NCBI GenBank assembly: GCA_963796105.1
Contig: CAWCKJ010000004.1
Location: forward strand, 1,216,001 to 1,280,000
Reading direction: 5' to 3'
Source: a candidate division FCPU426 bacterium
Lineage (GTDB): Bacteria; Oederibacteriota; Muellerivitia; Muellerivitales; Muellerivitaceae
Length of the DNA: 64,000 nucleotides
Every line of letters begins with the position of its first letter. The stretch's first letter is position 1. The notes beneath the pieces are model-generated. The model saw only the letters and a program-made list of their open reading frames with translations. It ran no database searches and was not told the origin of the DNA. Positions 61,609-64,000 of this stretch are shown here, one piece after another. A program made the translations under genes and the position numbers.

Positions 61609-62073
61609 TTAAAACCACATTCCCGAAGAGGATTTTCCCCGTTTTAACCGCAGTTCCTTGAAAAATCCACTCAGAATTCTCGAACACTCTTCCTTTAATA
61701 TACCGCCTGTGACTTCCACCCGGTGGTTCAATTTCTGGTTCTTCAGCACATTGGCTGTACTTTCCACCGCCCCTGCCTTGGGGTCCATCGCGCCATAAAC
61801 CAGGCGCCTAATCCGGGATAAAACCACCGCGCCCGCGCACATCGTGCAGGGTTCAAGGGTGGCGTAAAGATCGCACCCGTTGAGCCGCCAGCTTTTCAGT
61901 TTCTTGGAAGCCCTCGCCAGGGCCACCAATTCGGCGTGGAATTGGGTATTTTTTTTTGATTCGGTTAAGTTGTAGCCCCGGCCGATCACTTTTCCGTCTT
62001 TTACGACCACCGCGCCTACTGGAACCTCGCCTTTCAACTCGGCTTTTTTTGCTTCGCGTATCGCGGCCCGCAT
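61609..62073 (-). CDS. tadA: tRNA adenosine(34) deaminase
   Basis: GEVPVGAV, HAE, TLEPCTMCAGA, DPKAGA, LNH; true start may be CTG at 62097. Confidence 0.95.
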   Translation of the reverse strand: MRAAIREAKKAELKGEVPVGAVVVKDGKVIGRGYNLTESKKNTQFHAELVALARASKKLKSWRLNGCDLYATLEPCTMCAGAVVLSRIRRLVYGAMDPKAGAVESTANVLKNQKLNHRVEVTGGILKEECSRILSGFFKELRLKRGKSSSGMWF

Positions 62074-62119
62074 TAGTTTTTCTTCAGGAGAGTTCAGCTT
62101 TTACCTCTAAGATTCAGCT

Positions 62120-62678
62120 TGATAAATAGTACATGCCAATTTTTATTAAAATTAAGTTAATTGAACTTGGTACTGCGCCACTCTCTTTATTTCAAGTTGC
62201 AAACAAAGTTTGCAACAACTTCAATGATAAAATGGTGCGTGCCTATTCTTCCGAAAAGAATTAAAGAAATCGGTACGGCGCCATTTTCTTTAACTAAAGC
62301 CGCAAATTTTGTTTGCGGCAACTTCAAAGATAAAATGGTGCGTGCCTATTCTTCCGAAAAAGAATTAAAGAAATCGGTACTGCGCCACTTTCCTTATTTC
62401 ACGTTGCAAACAAAGTTTGCAACAACTTCAATGATAAAGTGGTGCGCCTGGAGGGACGTTGAACCGCGCTTCGCGCTCATAGGGGAAAGCCCCCCTATGT
62501 TACCCCCTTTAAGACGCGGGGGCTCACCCCCGCACCCCCACGGTTTCAAGTCCTTCATTGTTTATATAAAAAATGGTGCGCGCCAATTCTCATTAAAGCA
62601 ATTTAATTGAAATTGGTACTGCGCCACTCTCTTTATTTCACGTTGCAAACAAAGTTTGCAACAATTTCAATGATAAAG
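62120..62678. repeat. tRNA-Arg-linked tandem ~105-bp hairpin repeats with one embedded tRNA-linked element (62440-62557)
   Basis: Four units GGTAC(T/G)GCGCCA...GTTGCAAACAAAGTTTGCAAC...GATAAA(A/G)TGGTGCG (central hairpin is GCCGCAAA..TTTGCGGC in unit 2). Confidence 0.85.
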
Positions 62679-62755
62679 TGGTGCGCCTGGAGGGACTTGA
62701 ACCCCCAACCTACTGGTCCGTAGCCAGTCGCTCTATCCAATTGAGCCACAGGCGC
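62679..62755 (-). tRNA. tRNA-Arg(ACG)
   Basis: GCGCCTGTGGCTCAATTGGATAGAGCGACTGGCT-ACG-GACCAGT..GGTTCAAGTCCCTCCAGGCGCACCA. Confidence 0.97.
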
Positions 62756-62863
62756 ATTGATCTCTGCCTCGAGCTTGATACACAGGCCCTGGGAAAAGGC
62801 GATTATCTTACCTAAAAATCTAATTTTACCGCAAGTATAAAGGCCCTGAACAGGTGAAGCGAT

Positions 62864-63478
62864 TTATTCCCAAATGCCGGCTAAAAGCAGAATTCCCACC
62901 GTGGTAAAAGCCATGGCCGCAACAATTCGCAAAAACTTGGGTTTGATGAATTGTTTCGCGTTATAGCCGATAAAAATCAAAATGGCTGTTGTAGACCAGA
63001 GGGCCAAGGTCGATGCGAGAAAAACGGTAATGGGTTGCCTGGTCCTTGCGATGAGGGTTACGGTAGCCAATTGGGTCAGATCCCCCCATTCCGCGATAAA
63101 AATGACCATGAAGGAAGAGAAGACCGTACTCAGAAACGATTCTTTTTTAGCCTCGGAGGAGATTTCTTTTTCGTTCGTGTTTTCCATCCAGATGACGTAG
63201 GCGAAGATCAGGAAAAGTAAACCAGCGAAGATATGCACAATATGGGGGGGCAAAAGCGCGATCATCCCCCCAAATAAGACTGCCACCATATTTTGAATGA
63301 CATAAGCCGCGGCCACGCCCAGGAAAACTCCTAAAGGATGTTTCCGAGAGGATAGGAGAATGATGGCCAGGGCGGTCTTATCCGGCAGCTCAGCCAGGAA
63401 AATGACGACGAAGGTGGAAAGAAAGAGTGAAAGGTCCAGGCCTGGGTGAATGAGGTTGGGTCCCATGGGATGCATCAT
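62864..63478 (-). CDS. TMEM165/GDT1 (UPF0016) Mn2+/Ca2+ transporter
   Basis: Two ExGD-type motifs, AELPDKT and AEWGDLTQ; multiple TM helices. Confidence 0.9.
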   Translation of the reverse strand: MMHPMGPNLIHPGLDLSLFLSTFVVIFLAELPDKTALAIILLSSRKHPLGVFLGVAAAYVIQNMVAVLFGGMIALLPPHIVHIFAGLLFLIFAYVIWMENTNEKEISSEAKKESFLSTVFSSFMVIFIAEWGDLTQLATVTLIARTRQPITVFLASTLALWSTTAILIFIGYNAKQFIKPKFLRIVAAMAFTTVGILLLAGIWE

Positions 63479-63684
63479 ACCCGGGGCTAACTATAGATTC
63501 ATGAGGTTTCATTCATGCGGCGGAAGAAATCTAGCCAGCTGTTGGGCTCCCTGGATTAATTGGTTTGGTCATAAAACCCGTCAGTATTCAGGGGCTAAGC
63601 TCTTTTCCCCCGGAATAACGCCTTGAAGACCCATCCTAAACTGCCTAAACTGTGGCGACTTTCACGGTTTTCAGGGGGGCTCAA

Positions 63685-64000
63685 GTGTCTCGTCCGCTCT
63701 TTATGGATATTTTAAAAGATAAGGTCCTTATCTTTGACGGCGCCATGGGGACCAACATCCAGGCCTATAACCTGAGCCGCGAGGATTTTGGGGGAAAGGA
63801 AGGCCTGAACGACTACCTGGTCCTGTCCAAGCCCCAGGTGGTGCGGGAAATCCACGAAGGGTTCCTCAAAGCTGGCGTGGACGCGCTGGAAACCAACACC
63901 TTCGGCTCCAACCGCATCAAGCTAGCAGAGTATGGGGTCGCGGACCAGATCGTGGAGGTCAATACCGCGGCTGTCAAACTAGCGAGGGAACTCGCCCTGA
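63685..64000 (+). CDS. metH: Homocysteine S-methyltransferase domain protein, likely methionine synthase (3'-truncated by window edge)
   Basis: VLIFDGAMGT, IHEGFLKAGVD, ETNTFG, VNTAAVKLARE; GTG 63685 follows AGGGGGG. Confidence 0.85.
   Translation, partial: MSRPLFMDILKDKVLIFDGAMGTNIQAYNLSREDFGGKEGLNDYLVLSKPQVVREIHEGFLKAGVDALETNTFGSNRIKLAEYGVADQIVEVNTAAVKLARELAL

Noticed and set aside
62120..62678. Possible CRISPR array, and the 149-aa ORF 62161..62610
   Set aside because: Units are ~105 bp with repeated rather than unique spacers; the ORF simply translates the repeats
63480..63684. yybP-ykoY riboswitch before the GDT1 gene, or SAM riboswitch before metH
   Set aside because: Expected conserved cores were not found by eye; an Infernal/Rfam scan would be needed

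Overview
Bacterial chromosomal window in three parts. (1) Bases 1-42.7 kb are a hemicellulose-degradation island: GH5, GH127/146, two GH74, GH30, GH62, GH44 and two GH43 enzymes, two long AraC regulators, and an ECF sigma / anti-sigma / PA14-CBM9 / PorV-like module. Six proteins end in type-IX-secretion-like or FlgD-Ig C-terminal domains (CTDs), and three of them sit on ~880-950-residue Thr-X stalks. No SusC/D or ABC transporter is present in the window. (2) After tRNA-Asn and an epimerase, a 6.56-kb composite IS4-family element (44941-51499, 9-bp TSD TAAGCGGGT) carries a nested IS4, an NHL lipoprotein, two unusual short-repeat arrays and a truncated RAYT-type Y1 transposase; two spermidine-synthase-like membrane paralogs follow. 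(3) A core region holds recR-ybaB-dnaX-ffs, tRNA-Ser/Ala/Arg, tadA, a GDT1 transporter and the start of metH. The most unusual signal is a ~120-bp structured element just downstream of three different tRNA genes (Asn x2, Ser, Arg): its core is shared, while its arms copy the T-arm/3' end of whichever tRNA it adjoins. All family calls come from motif recognition by eye, not database searches.
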